Notes under the pieces: model-generated
Databases searched by the model: none
What the model was told of the DNA's origin: nothing
What the model saw: the letters and a program-made list of their open reading frames with translations, nothing else
Position numbers and translations under genes: made by a program
Source of the DNA: Laetmonice hystrix
Lineage: Eukaryota
NCBI GenBank assembly: GCA_965235115.1
Contig: OZ249436.1
Location: forward strand, 7,256,001 to 7,316,000
Direction of reading: 5' to 3'
DNA length: 60,000 bases
Shown here: in pieces, positions 38,031-52,706 of the stretch
Position numbering within the stretch: position 1 is the stretch's first letter
How the letters are laid out: each line of letters opens with the position of its first letter

Positions 38031-40053
38031 CCGAACATTTTCCCCTAAACCCCCTCATTTCCACCAAAATCTACTTTTTCACCCAGTCTAACACATGAAA
38101 CACATGTTCATAGGGAACTGGCAGATTGTGTCGACATTCGCGATTTTATGGGCTGATCACGACGTGCAATGCGAGACGTAAAACGCCCACAAACCTCCAC
38201 AGCTCGGATTTTCAATAGGACCTTGTCAACATAGGCGTAATAAATAGTAATAGGACAACAGAATTCCTTTTCATGGGAACAACGGCCGTTTTTTTCTCAA
38301 ATTAATTCTTGTTGTATACTCTTTGTTAGCCCCATCTGAATTGCATTCTGGGACAGATACCCCCCCCCCCCCCAATCTACTCCCCGGAACCTTCAAACGT
38401 CAAATCAATTGCTCAAATCGATACGGTATCAATTAATAAGAAATACAAGACAGATAACAGTGACGACGTTATGCGCTCAAAGCAATTCTTTATTTCCTCC
38501 TAAATGTGTTGTTCCAGCGGATGCATATACAATAATTGTCATATTCAAATACTTATATATGTACAAAGGTGTGTAGTCAGTACTCTAATAGGATTGACTA
38601 TACGGAGCTGGGTGGGCACATAGGAACATATAAAAAGAACGTACATACACTCAGTTGCTTCTTCCTTCGTAAACTGGGAACACATACGAAATGCAGACAT
38701 ATAAGTAGGTCAGCTCAATTCATATATATAATTCTTTGTCCATTTCATTTCTAACCCACCTCACTCATAATCATGTCATGCTCAAATGTCATATATTTGT
38801 CTGTAGGGGGTATTTTGGTCACAACACCAGACTTCAGTACTAGTCTGCAGACCGGGGTATCAGTTTGATGAGGGAGGGCTACATTACTATTAAAACAAAA
38901 TCCTTAACATCAATAATAGATAACTTACAAACACTGAATTTCTTACACGGCACTGATTAAGTGATTCATCTGGGGAAATCCTGCAACAGAACTGTCTTCT
39001 CTGAGTCAATAAATTAAAACCGCCATAATAATGACCGTTATTATGTAAATCTACTAGTACCTCGGATCGGTATACCAGCAGTTAAAGGGCCCGTTCAATA
39101 ACGCAGAACACAAGCCAACCTCGACCAATAGGATCAACCTATGGACGGATCTGCCGACCTGTCTCCCAATGCTGACCTCTCCAATCTATCTACCGGCGAG
39201 CCCTGATGGAATGTAACCTTCTACGGGTGTCCTTCACCTTTGACCTCTTGACCTATCTCTCGCAAACCTACCCTGCAGAACTTCTAGTGAATGGGTGGTG
39301 TTGGGTTTGAGGCACACCGCATTCAGCGACAAAACAATGTCGTTGCATCCATTAACAACCTTTCTCTTCCGTTGAAAAGGGGTGGGGTCAAACACATTCA
39401 TGAAGACGGGCGGCCTTTTAAATCTTTGAGAAATAGATTAAAATAAATACTTCGGCTTCTTTGTCTGACAAGAAACTTGTCAGATTCTCACAGACTATAA
39501 TATTATGATATACACAACACGTAATAGTAAAAAAGTGACTTTACGGATTGGGTGATGAGACCAAAAAAGCAATATTTCACAGAAACGAAGCAAGATAACT
39601 TACTTTAACCTAATTAACCTACTAAGATAACATTTGTTCATCAATGGTATCCTTAACAATTACTTATCCTGCTAATCTTCGTGTTCATCTATAAAAGTAT
39701 GTCAATCTTTTCTTCTTTTTATCGTTTTTACTGGTTTCAATCGTAACAATTCAGAATAAGCACTCTGAGGGGGGAGAGGGCATGTCACTCCACAACTGAT
39801 ATCTCGTTTACAGTAAAAACCAGATGGGTTGATCATTATTTAATAAATAAAAAACACCTCAGCAAGCCAAAACAAAAGTAGTAGTTATCACGCGATACTT
39901 TACGACGGCAAATCTTGGTGCGCTACCACGGTAAACAGGATCTATAATATTATAACCATCGAACTGGTGCGACCATGGAGCAATGAGGTTGAACGTTGAG
40001 TCACGGTCTCAGTCACTGGAAACCTTTCTCTCCCTAACGTACACGTGCCAGGT

Positions 40054-40238
40054 AAGGAGACGGAGGGCGCTCACCACCACACCGACCAACAAGGAGACGG
40101 AGGGCGCTCACCACCACACCGATCAACAAGGAGACGGAGGGCGCTCACCACCACACCGACCAACAAGGAGACGGAGGGCGCTCACCACCACACCGACCAA
40201 CAAGGAGACGGAGGGCGCTCACCACCACACCGACCAAC
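40054..40238. repeat. 37-bp minisatellite, 5 copies
   Basis: (aaggagacggagggcgctcaccaccacaccgaccaac)5. Confidence 0.95.
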
Positions 40239-43200
40239 TGTCCTTACCACATGGCACTGCCATCATACAACCTGTCCTTCTCGATCCCCACCTCTCCTTC
40301 TCGCAATCCACTCGGTATTTCTCCAGTTCCACCAACAGGCTGACCAGCCCATCCACTCAATTTCCATCTGTTCCTTGCAAACCTTTCTCGCTAAAGGTCC
40401 TCACCCATCTGGTACGAACGCGTACTGTACCCTGCCCAAGACACCCCTCACCGGAGGGGTATCACAAATTACCCGCCACCTGTTCTTTAACTGACTTCTA
40501 CCTGTGACACCCTTCTATTCAGGTATCCCTTAAGGTTCTATCCTATGTGCTATGTTACAAAGTGTCTCACCATACACGTGAAGCTTTATAATACAGGTTT
40601 GTACATAACGTCGTGTTGACAGGCTCTTACATACACACGTATTCACTCACACCCACCGTATTCACCCACCCCCACGCACCCCCACACAGATCTATCAACC
40701 TACTTAGAAACAGCAGTCTTTTTACCTCTTTCCCCGTTCCAATCACTTTCTAAACGTACCATGGTCTCTTTCTCACACAAAAATTGGCACAAGGCACTAA
40801 GATACAAAACATGTTTGTCATTGATTGCTGACATGATTGCAGTTACTCCACAACATCAACACAGAATGTAAAGAGGGTACCATTTGAGCATGACACACAA
40901 CCAATTGCCATAACCCTCCACTCTTTAACCGTGTAGATTTCTTGTACGCAGAGCCCCTCAGCACCATACAGAACATCCTCAACTGCATATAAAGAACGAC
41001 AATCTTTTTGGTCAAACAGTGTTAGTCAAACACGGCCATGCAATTCTATTATGGTTTTTTGACATTGGAAACCACAAAAACAGATCCTGGTGGATTTTCA
41101 CGCTTGTCTAGCTACGTACTGAAACAGTCCTGGACGAAACAACAAACGTTTTGTCGAACATTGTGTTCTCCAGATTTGTGTCGATTAGAAAAGGGCAGAG
41201 AACTGCAATCACCAAGTCGTGTGTACAATGTCAAACCAGTTATGGAAACCGACAGATCACAAAACCGATGCTACTGACTGACAGCTCAATAAAACATGTC
41301 ACTGTCGTACGGACTCTCATTTATAAGCACATTAAAGGCGTTAGTACGGGATTCCGACTCGTGATTTCAACAACAACTGAACTTCAATCATACAAAAATA
41401 AACCGAATTTTGTTACAACCTTTCCAAACTGAAACACTCGACTAAATAATTATGGTAATGTCATGGTCTTTCACATTATTGTAAACACTTACGACACGGT
41501 TGTATATATCAACAATTCTAGAAATACATCTTGACTGGCAAACTATCCTGTTGACTCATTAAAGTTGACACGCCAGTACTCTCAGGATTCGTTACACATT
41601 TCCAAACACTGACATTTTATGCATGCATGGTGTCTCATCAGACTTATAAAATACGACTTATTCAGTACCCCCCACCCCAACCTTGCACATATATATGCCC
41701 AAAGATTTGCTGAATATCTGGAACCATAGGCGAGAACCAGCATCAAGACTTCATAGCGACCATACATTATAATTAATTTGAATCAGAACACTCAGTTCCC
41801 CTACTGGTGTTTTCATGATCTGTAGTCACTCTTGATTCCTAAGATGTGTGTGTGTGACCTTCAAATTCATGTTTGTTACCAAGTAGCTTTAGCGGAATTC
41901 ACAGCTACTCCTCGCCCTTGATTATTGCTTTAGTAATGCCAGAGACTGGCTCTAAGTCAGTCTTTACAGTACTTGAGTATGAAAAAACGTCAGCTAAAGA
42001 CGAAGGGTCTTTAGGAAAACTGTCCTGCAGGCAAGTACGAGAACAAAGTTTTCTATCAAAAAGGTTTGTCATTAGATGCTATATCTCCGGGTCGTCTACC
42101 TCACCATACTGATCTGACGAGACCGAACGTATCACTCCACATATATCACACATTGTAGATCCACACCAGTGTCCGTGCACGACTCGGCGGGGTCCTGTAC
42201 CCAGGGCTTCCGCTACTCCAGCCTCTCGTAAGGTCCGCTGGGAAATGTCCTAGAATTATTGTTGCCGAATACACTGACCACTGCGAGGGCATCCCTCCAC
42301 ACACGGCCTGCGGAGATGGGTATCATTTAGACCCTCTCTTCATGTCCACACCTCCTCTGCCAATTCGCTCAAATGCCTCTGGTCGGACCGACTGAAGAGA
42401 AACCTACAGCCGCCAGTTTAAGTACCACTGTACAAGTAGTCTCAGCTACGTGCAAGCTGTCGTTGGTAGGCTCCACGCTTACCAAACACTGCATGATGAT
42501 GCAAGTTTCCGGGGAAAGCCCCAGATTTCCCATAACACACTGCGAGGAGCATTTCTAGGGTAATATCATTATGCCATGCACAAATCCTGTATATATTATA
42601 TGTCTCTTCACTACTCTACATGAATCGCCATGACCTAGTGGCTGTGGACTGTCTAACCCTAACCACAGGCACACTTTGAATGAACACCAATCCAGCAAGC
42701 CCTGTGGGTGAGCGTGTAAATATGGGTCACACAATGGTACCTTACGGACCTTCGGAAACACTTCCAACATATTCGGTTCAGGTCAACACTTTCTTGAGCA
42801 GACTGCACGTCGTCATTCATATTTGTACATACCAGGAAATTCCAGCGACAGCTTTTAAAGCCACACACATAATTATATTGCTGTTATTAGTTCCTTGTCA
42901 CATATAAACTGTTTTCACGTCAGTCATCACAGGAACGGGAGCACTCATTTTGAAACAGGACCAATGTTGGGGGGGGGGGGACTGCCAAATCCAAATCGCC
43001 TTGGAATGTCAAAACAAAATACATCAATATTACATGAAGCGCACCTCTTGACTGTGGCAAAACCTGTGATCACACACCAAAAGAAAAGGCTCTTGCAAGT
43101 TGGGTCTATTGTACTCTTTGGTTTCACTGGCTAAAGCTCGAAAAAATCCAAAGGTAGCTGTGTAGAGATCTATTGACTTCATTCCCCTACTTCCATACTT

Positions 43201-43441
43201 TAGGTACCTAGGAAGTATCTCACCTAATGCTTACCTTGCTTGTGCTACAACCTGTGTACGTACTCTACTCGCTAGATTCAAGCCCTATGTAGTGGGGAGT
43301 TCTATAATACACGCCCTCACCGTGTAGCCTGGGGAGTTGGTCGTATACCCGTTCAGGCCAAACCTCGAGTTGGGCTTACCTGGGTACCTTAGGTAACTCA
43401 GTGGGTGTTTCATTGGCAACAGCTCCTAAAGCGATACTTAA

Positions 43442-43501
43442 GTACCATATAGTGACTTGTACCATATAGTGACTTGTACCATACAGTGACTTGTACCATA
43501 T
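43442..43501. repeat. 17-bp tandem repeat, ~3.5 copies
   Basis: (gtaccatatagtgactt)n. Confidence 0.8.
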
Positions 43502-46371
43502 TGGGCCACTATACCTGGTGTAGCAGACTGTTACCCATCTGTCTGTCGTTCTTCCTGCTAGTCTACAAGTAATGCCATACCATCTAGCTTGAATCAAACT
43601 AAATAATACTTCTACTAATAATAATAACAATAAATAGGGATGGAATTATTGTTTCTACAACGTCTGCTCAAAGAGTGTTCATATACATTAAAATATATTA
43701 ATTCCTGGAAAGAAATGTACTCCAACCTTTCCTAACGTAGGCTGACAAACTAAGCTAAAACTAAGTTAAGCAAATCTAAATGTTTAGTCGCATGAATTAT
43801 CTGTTGATTAACGTACACCATGGCTAAAGCCACTCTGAAGGGCTGCTCACAGCTACAGCTAGGCCACACGACGCTGCAGAAACCTTTGTGAACTTAACGC
43901 TCAGTCATAATTTCCAAATCAACACATAGTACACAGCTGAAACCACACTAACAAATTAGATTTCTTTAACGCGAAAATTTCAAGTCATACTTGCACAGAT
44001 TTTTCACAACTGGTGTTCGTAAAAACTGGAATGGGAGCACGAGACCAGTATTCCACATTTTACCGTATCGAATATTTTCTGTTCCAATTGTTACTCGTCA
44101 ATGACGTTCAACAGACCTGTTATTGGAATCTTGCAATATGGGCCTAAAACTAGATGCACTAGACACTTAAAAATAGAAAAGTACTAGCTGGAAATGTTTC
44201 GAGGAAGACTGTATACAATTTCTATGATAATGAAGTGGCTTCAATGTGTAATGTTTTTGACTTAAAAATCAAGCCTAATTTAGCCTTAGCTTGAGTGTCT
44301 TTTCGATGGCGATGGACCAACGGCTACATTTCATCGGGAGGATAAGTGTTCGGCCTTCGACATTTTGAGCCTGAACTTGTGCTCCGCTACTGCAGTCTGG
44401 AATTCTTGTGTAGTCATTGAGATAGCGCGAGGGAATGTTCACACATTGTATGTCTGTAAATGTATGTGTAGTATGACATTGGCTGCCCTCAATGACAGCG
44501 GCTGGACTCATATTGTATCTACTCTGTCCACACCGCAATCCTCCAGCCACTAGTCTAAGCCTTGCCAATCAGGCCGGTGACAATAAGTCCACAGTATACA
44601 TTTCTTGGTATGTTTCTGTCCGCGCAATAACTACCCCTCAGGGTTTATTTGAGAAAGGTTCTCAGAGTGGACTCTCTGAATTCCTAGACCCTGTCCTATA
44701 ACGCCATGAGTTCTGCCGCGTAGTCTGTCGTTATCAGATGGAGTCTGGTTTCCGAATGATGCCAGGGCTTTGTGCAGCGGATATATATAATAATTTCTCA
44801 AATAAAACACGAGGCATTCTTTGGAACCAACTTTCCCTGTCGACGGTTCATATCGGGTATGGCTTGGGGACACATTGGCGTGGAACTGTTCCTATGGCGA
44901 CACTGGCGAAACAACCTCTGCTGTTCCAACTGCGACAACTCTGGCCAAGTGAGCACAGTTCGGTGACACAAAGCAGTAGCAGTAGCAGCAGATGGGATAC
45001 AAAAACCTGGCGTTTGATACGGGCAGCTTCACCAACTCGATTTGATGGCCTCTGTGTCTCCCTTTGTCTACACATTTCACCCTAACTGAGATTCTACCTC
45101 TAGCCTGATGCTGCCAACCTCCCCCGGACACTGGACGCGGCCGGTTCCCGACACACCCATCGGTGAAGAAACCTCCTCAGACTTTGCCAAGCTTTGGACC
45201 CTGAACTTTTTTTTGAGGGCAAGTGGGTAAAATTGCCAAAGTCTCAGGAAAAAATAATATATATGAAATGTGTTTTGGTGATGACGACACCTACCTTTGG
45301 TATCATCATCCGCTAACACACTTACTGTGCAGAGTGCCACACTCACACTGTTCGTTACCAGTTGGACCATTGTTAGTACGCCGGCCCACAACACAGTCGG
45401 GTCCTCTATGCATACTGGTGCACTTTTTATATATCTATATATATTACACACGCACACTCTTCTGTATAACCAACTCCGGCAGCCGACCTGATTGTTGACC
45501 TCAGATCGTTAGGTCTACATGTTGACAACCCTAACATCCAATGTCGAGGGTTGGAGAGTTGTTTCCACAAAGTCCTTGTGGTATTTTTGGCCTCATATAT
45601 TTTGCGTCTGTGGGATTCCTAAAGTACCAAGTATTGGGTTATGTCCCTCTAATACTGTACTTGTACAGTTACTAGCATCAAGCAGGCACAGTGAACGGTG
45701 AGTGAGGAGACAGAAACTCTGTCCATTGTCTCCTCGACTAACTCATGTCTCGGTATTCTGTGCCTCGGTTCTAAGGGATCCAACATCCCTACGTCTGAAT
45801 GGTCACAGTCAAAGCCTTCACCTTAGGCCTTGAAATAAGATTAGCCATTCCGACCGTTTGGTTTTATAGAGTCGATTCTCATTCTTCTTCCTGCCAGACT
45901 ACTTCAGAATGGAGCAGACATGTAACAAATTGTCTTCGGTTATTTCACATCTTTCTCTGGTCTCTGAGGAGGGTGTTGGCAGAGCCCGTGGCTCAGCACT
46001 AAGGCTCATGCTAACAGTAAGTAACCACTAGAGGGCTGGGCGACCAGTGCTGCCCCCTGGTGGTCGAACCCGAAGTTCTGCCAAGGGAGGATTGCACAGT
46101 CACATTACATTTAAGAACACTGCAGGATCCAGAAAATCACATGTTGTTGAGCAACAATTTTAAAAAGTTTACCACAAACTGACTGTCTACATGTGAACTC
46201 TGTGCATGGTTAGACCACCGCAATCCTGGCAGATCATACTGAAGGAAATATAACGATAACTGTGACCTTTCAAAAGTCACCAGATGACCTTTATAAGATC
46301 ACTCAGGACACTTCGCAAGGTCAGCTTCCTTGGATGAACAGCTAGACCAACCAAAGCTTCACTCCAAAGCT

Positions 46372-47345
46372 TCAGGACTTGGAGGTTGCAGTTTCCATAA
46401 TCCTCTCAAAACTGGAACCACCCAAATCACTGGCCGAGTAGAGGTCGGCTTCTTCAATGTTGAATAGATCCAGTACGTCCTGAGTCTTAGGTGTGAGAAT
46501 TGGGTCGGACTGAAAGGCCATGGGAGCGTTGGCACTGAGTGGAGTAAGGCCTGAGCTGGGGATGATGACGTCCAGCCACTCGGAGACGTCCATCATAGGT
46601 GACGGGTCGTGTACGTCCTCACTCAGGTTCAGTCCCAGCTGGTTGAGACTCGGCTCAGAGCCGTGTACACTGCCGCCATGGGTACTGCCACCGGAGGACC
46701 CCGGCACATTGAGGAAGTCATGGTGCGGGTCACCAGTAACACCGCGGGACGATGACGACCCAGGCGAGCCGACAGAATTGAGTACCGTCCTCATGGTGTT
46801 GGGTGTGTCGAGCACGTCAGGCAGGTCGAGAGCGTTCATGGTGGTGTCCGAGTCCGACCAGTCCATGGTGATGAAGGGCAGGTCAGCCAGACTGCTCGGA
46901 AGGTCGCTGATGTTCATACCGTTACCAAGGTCATGACCGAAGGACAGAGTGTTGGAGAGCGAGCTGAAGCTGAGAGGCGGCGGGACGTCCTTGCGGGCCG
47001 GACTACTTGACGCTGATGTCGGCGTTATCAGCGAGGGCAATGGAGAAGCTAGTGACGAGGAAGGAGTAACGTTAGTTTGAGATGTTGCGCGGGAGCTGGG
47101 CAGAGAACTAGAGTCGACAGACTTGTTGTAGGTGTTAGTGACAGGGGCCGACACGGTGCTGAATGAGGCGGGCATGGAGAACAAGATGGCCGACGATGAG
47201 GACGTAGGCATGACGACAGTGGAGGCGGCCGTATGGGGCGCTGACATCAGCTGGGTGATCGTCGGGGCAGACGTTTTCTGTACCGGCAAACCGGGCTCCC
47301 GCTTGGGTGTCAACGGCGGCTCGTGGGCAGCACTGGCTGGCAACT
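46372..47345 (-). CDS. MRTF: Terminal coding exon of a myocardin-related transcription factor (MRTF/MKL/myocardin family); the rest of the gene lies beyond the right edge
   Basis: Acceptor ttcctgtgtttcag|AG (phase 1) opens ~324 codons of S/T/P-rich then acidic sequence. It begins ELPASAAHEPP, compared with EISADFKEPP that follows the DDLFDILIQSG motif in vertebrate MRTFs as I recall it. It contains MDVSEWLDVIIPSSGLTPLSANAP, matching the MRTF C-terminal transactivation motif (EWLDITMPNSSSGLTPLSTTAP). RPEL and SAP exons are not in the window. Confidence 0.78.
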
Positions 47346-50180
47346 CTGAAACACAGGAAAAATGCAATGATTACATGTCTTTTCCAAACAATGTGTTGAT
47401 ATGGTAAAACTGGGTTTATATCGGTTAGTCGACCCGTCGACTTTCTCTCCCTCCCCCAGCCCCAGCTGCCATCTGGCGGGGTGATCATGAAACATTAACA
47501 CAATGTAGTTGTTTATAGACATGAAAGTAACGACTGGAAAAGAAAATCTAAAGATTCCCGGCGACGGTGTAGCTGGTCGCATTTTATCAAGACTGAACCG
47601 GTCCCCGCTAAATCCGGTATACGGCAGATGCCCTCTTACCAGAACAATTTCAGCGTCCGCGGACCCGTCAAAAGAGAGCGGTGTTTGGGATGTTGGGCAA
47701 GTTTTACAAGAACGTCTAACAGGTTTTACACCACCCCCCCATAATGCATTTCGAGATCGGATTGGCATCGATCTCGTTGACCATAAATGGATGAAACAAA
47801 ATCGGAATTCCGAGGAAAATGGGGAAACTCTCATGCTGATTCAATATATAACAATACATACAAGTAAGGTACCACCAGCCTATATAGCCTAAAACTTCCG
47901 ACTGACAGTCAAGATTTCAATGCCATCTTAAACCTATCCTGTGTAAACAAACGCTCAGTTATAAGAGCGCTGCTTTTATGACCTTTGGCAGCATTTTGAG
48001 AGAGGCCAAATTTGATAGAAGCCATGTGGCTTCCATTTGCATCGAGCGTCCTCTCATTGCACACTGAGAGGCATATGGGCCATTCTGGTTGTACGACTAA
48101 CCTTAAACACATCATTTTATATCTCCTCAAACAAAATGTCTTCAGCTTCAGACATCCTGTCCACACCTTGCTCAAAAAGTGAAGGAGCTTGGGGGAGAAT
48201 GAGGAAAAAAAGGAGAGGTCTAACCGAGCTCAGAGTCTGTTTAGTTTAGAATAGTAAAATATCGATATAAAGAAGATGTTATCTGCGTGCTGGGAAGTCA
48301 ACGTGTCACTTCTACCTTTCAATAAGTGGTTGTCGCGGTTTTTTCCTCATCTCATCATCCTAGCTATATTTTCGAGGAGAAACATGATGAGACAGCAAAG
48401 GGCAATGAAATGTTGACTAATGTGGCAGGTGTGTGCTGTCGGGATGCCCGACTACACACTATTTATCACACCAAACCTTTCCACTTTTTGCCCTGCATGT
48501 TGAGACAGAAATTAAAGGTGTAAATTTGGGACATTCCTTCGTGTTACCGACACCCCGTGTTGACATATAGATGCACGGGATCGGTAACATCGTGCTCATA
48601 GTAATATATGACTCCAGATTTTATTAAAGACTCATAGAAGTGCGTTCACATGACATTGTAAAATGCACATTCACCAAATCCGGCTTTCAATAGCAAAGCT
48701 TATGTGAGGGATTCTGAATTTGCCAACGATAACCGCATACGACAGTTGTTTTTGCGATATTGTAATGTGACCATCGAGTTGAAACCTTCCTTGCCGGTAA
48801 ATGCCAAACCTTCAAAAGGTCAACCAACATGTGCCCTTCACTTCCACTATCCCCCTAACGGCTCTTTTTGAAATGACCTTTCGACTAGGTCAAACCAGAT
48901 TTACGGCCTGGCCATTTCTAGGCACCCTGACAGGCATCTCAACACTTATAACCTTGCTCGGATAACGTATGGCGAGGTGTGGTTGGAATTATTGACCATA
49001 TTTCGGCCAGGTTGATCCAGCGGATACCATTACAGGCCTGGCCCGGCCTGGGCCGAGGTCGGGCCACGTGCCAGCCCTGACGGCACCACAAGGTTGACAT
49101 CAGAGCTTCACCGCCTGCAACAAATTCCTTTGGAGGGATTCCGCCAGAGCCTGGCCTCGGTTAAAGGTAAAGTTGAACCGGAAGCTATTAGCAACAGGGG
49201 CCTAATCATAGTATTGGGCTAGACAGGGCAGGACCGAGTGGCCAGGGACTGGGCAGGGTCGCGGTTGGCCGGTAGATTAAGCAATGCTGAAAGCAAACAT
49301 GGCTTGCTCAACAGCTGTTAAAGAGTTGCCTCGCTGCCGGCCGACCCGAGGCTAGCAGAGCCGCCAGATGAGACTGGACTCTGCATCTCCCAGCTGTTTA
49401 ATTAAGTCTAGGGTCGTGGCGCAGTCTGAATGCAGGACCAAACAGCTAGATGTATTGACTGAGGAAGAAGATCTCAGCGGCACAGCTGCCCACACCATCC
49501 ATCCTTGGGTATCAGTACAGCAACCACTCAAGCTTGTCTGCTGTCTGACACCCCGCGCCTTCACCCCTCTCCCGTCCAGGAGGCACGCATACCAGGAAAG
49601 GCAGTGGAGCACATTTGGTAGCCTACATTAACCTACAGCAACACCCACACCCACGCTAAAGGACACACCCACACCCAGAGGCCACGCGACCCTTCCCCAC
49701 CATACCACAGGATCCTTTGCCCTCATCCTCTGGCCTCCCAGTATGATTTGTCTGAGTCTTCCTCACACAATCTTGCCAAGAGAGGCGGTATTTGCAATCA
49801 GCCTGCCCTGGGAAACCTGCCCCTGGGGTGCCCCATCCGTATCCCAGCAGCACTACCCGGCTTCTTCACTATGCTATCAAGGCATTGCAAGATTTCACTC
49901 ACTTTAAACACACTGCATACAATACATGTACATTTTTAATAATAAATACCCGTCAACATTTCAAAATTATCCAAGACTTGAAACTTAAACCTTTCCTATA
50001 TCAGCGGGAATACTGTGGGTGGACAGTAGTGATCTAAATATCCGTAGGGACCGGGGGGGATTTTTAAACTGAAAGTGCCCTTTCAAAAGATGAGGCACAG
50101 CTCTCGGCCGCCACAAACTTCATGTGCCCCCCTCCTCCCCCACTAGGGCAGCACACTGGTGGGAGGACCGTGCATGAATA

Positions 50181-50776
50181 ACTGAGACGTCCTCTCTATG
50201 TTACACTGGGGGGCTACAGTTGCTAGGGACTGGGGAACGTCCTCTCTATGTTACACTGGGGGGCTACAGTTGCTAGGGACTGAGGAACGTCCTCTCTATG
50301 TTACACTGGGCGGCTACAGTTGCTAGGGACTGAGGAACGTCCTCTCTATGTTACACTGGGCGGCTACAGTTACTGAGGAACGTCCTCTCTATGTTACACT
50401 GGGCGGCTACAGTTGCTAGGGACTGAGGAACGTCCTCTCTATGTTACACTGGGCGGCTACAGTTGCTAGGGACCGAGGAACGTCCTCTCTATGTTACACT
50501 GGGCGGCTACAGTTGCTAGGGACTGAGGAACGTCCTCTCTATGTTACACTGGGCGGCTACAGTTACTGAGGAACGTCCTCTCTATGTTACACTGGGCGGC
50601 TACAGTTGCTAGGGACTGAGGAACGTCCTCTCTATGTTACACTGGGCGGCTACAGTTGCTAGGGACCGAGGAACGTCCTCTCTATGTTACACTGGGCGGC
50701 TACAGTTGCTCGGGACTGAGGAACGTCCTCTCTATGTTACACTGGGCGGCTACAGTTGCCAGGGACTGAGGAACGT
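50181..50776. repeat. 50-bp minisatellite, ~12 copies, with a 193-bp 4-mer higher-order period
   Basis: (tgaggaacgtcctctctatgttacactgggcggctacagttgctagggac)n. Copies 4 and 8 are 43-bp deletion variants; copies 7 and 11 carry the cgagg variant. Confidence 0.97.
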
Positions 50777-51945
50777 TAGAAGGTGTGAACCTGCCATTAC
50801 TAGACACACCTCCAGACCGGAACCCTACACTCAATACTGATATGTTGGTAAATATCAAAGGTCACACCACGGCTATCAATACCACCCCCTCCCTTCAAAC
50901 AAAAGCACCTGCATTGATAAAGAAACAACTTTAAATCTAGTTTTATTGAATTCAAGATTGTTGTCCTGGGTGTTTCAAGGGTTTTCATGAAGGTGATGGG
51001 AGTAAAGATGAAAGCTCACATATATCACCCTTGCCGAGCTACTGTTACTCCTTATAATCATTCCCGTCCCTAATATTCCTCCAGGGCGGGGTTGACCTGA
51101 GTTATAAAGGTCGGAGTTTTCAACAGATGCTGGAAAACATCGATCATTACGTCAGGAATTGGTACCATTATCTTGTAACACCTAAATAACATGCTCCTAA
51201 AAATAAAGGTTCTGGCCACGCGCTTACAAAAAACCGCGATAGTAGACATGTTGGCAAACTTTGCTCAAACACTCAATGACCAATAGGTTTGAGGGTACTC
51301 ATCCGGGAGGAACCCTACATCCTATACACCATGACAGGGGGGAACCGACGACCACACTGGGAGTTTGTGGGGGGTGAGGGTGGAGGGGTGTTATGCTGCA
51401 GCCCCACGGGAAAATGACTGGCAGCCTGGGTTACCATGGCGAATATTGGAGGTAGAAAGGTCAGCCAGCCCTGTTTATCACCTGGACCGCCCTGGAATAA
51501 CTGAGGCTGGGGGCTGGCTCACACATCCCACTGTTATGTCACGAATTGGTCACGACCACACGTCAGCCATCTGTCAGATAACAGGCCTATACAGGTTACC
51601 TCCCCAGCCAACTCTCAGCTCTCCCCGGACCCATTATACATATACAGCTCAAACTGTATATGTTCCACATTAGCTTCAGTACTAACTTTACACCGTTTCT
51701 ACAATGTCTGGAGAGCTTCGCTTATTCTTAGCGTTACATCACAACTTGGCAGGTTCTAATTTTCACCTATGAACCTTTTCCTACTCACTAAAATTTCACC
51801 AATTTCTCTGGCTAAAATCCTGAGATGATGAGTAAAGTTACTGGTTCCCTGTCCAAATTGTCTTAATCCCCCATGCGTTTAAGCAAAAGTAACTTTCATT
51901 CCCAAATTAAAAAGAGAAAACATAGACATGATGACTTTCTTTCGG

Positions 51946-52101
51946 TGCACATTTATTACCTTTAAAGAAAGTGTAAAGGTGCACATTTATAACCTTTAAA
52001 GAAAGTGTTATGGTACATTTATAACCTTTAAAGAAAGTGTTATGGTACATTTATAACCTTTAAAGAAAGTGTTATGGTACATTTATAACCTTTAAAGAAA
52101 G
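51946..52101. repeat. ~32-bp AT-rich minisatellite, ~5 copies
   Basis: (acatttataacctttaaagaaagtgttatggt)n. Confidence 0.92.
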
Positions 52102-52513
52102 AGTAATAAGTAGAGGGAGCTACTGAAACGCTTGAGGTGGCGTTTTCCTCCACCTGGTAGGTCACCATATAATGGGTTTACCACGAACCGTGAAGACTGA
52201 GTATGTTTGAGGTGGTGGTCGGTGCTGCCCCCTATCGGCGCTCCAATCCCCACCAACCAGTGTCCTCCACATGGCCGGAACATGCCCTCCTCAATGCCAA
52301 GTCCCTCATGGCTCCAGCCTCTACCGCCACCGCCGGTCGCCACCGCCGGTCGCCACCGCCGGTCGCCGTCAGAGAGCGGTGGATGGGGCGGGGACCTTTT
52401 CAAGTCGCTCGACCAACACATCGATTTATTCCCGCTCTCCGGTCAGCCATTCCCCCGACTCACTGACAGATATCATCAAGTGTATGCTACATCAAAGCTG
52501 GCTTCAAATATAG

Positions 52514-52706
52514 CTTCCCTTCACACTGGTGCCCGGCCTGAGGTACTTCCCTTCACACTGGTGCCCGGCCTGAGGTACTTCCCTTCACACTGGTGCCCGG
52601 CCTGAGGTACTTCCCTTCACACTGGTGCCCGGCCTGAGGTACTTCCCTTCACACTGGTGCCCGGCCTGAGGTACTTCCCTTCACACTGGTGCCCGGCCTG
52701 AGGTAC
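52514..52706. repeat. 32-bp minisatellite, 6 copies
   Basis: (cttcccttcacactggtgcccggcctgaggta)6. Confidence 0.96.

Noticed and set aside
47781..47790. Perfect CArG box CCATAAATGG in the MRTF intron (possible SRF feedback)
   Set aside because: A few CArG matches are expected by chance in 60 kb (another lies at 31577-31586), and there is no clustering.
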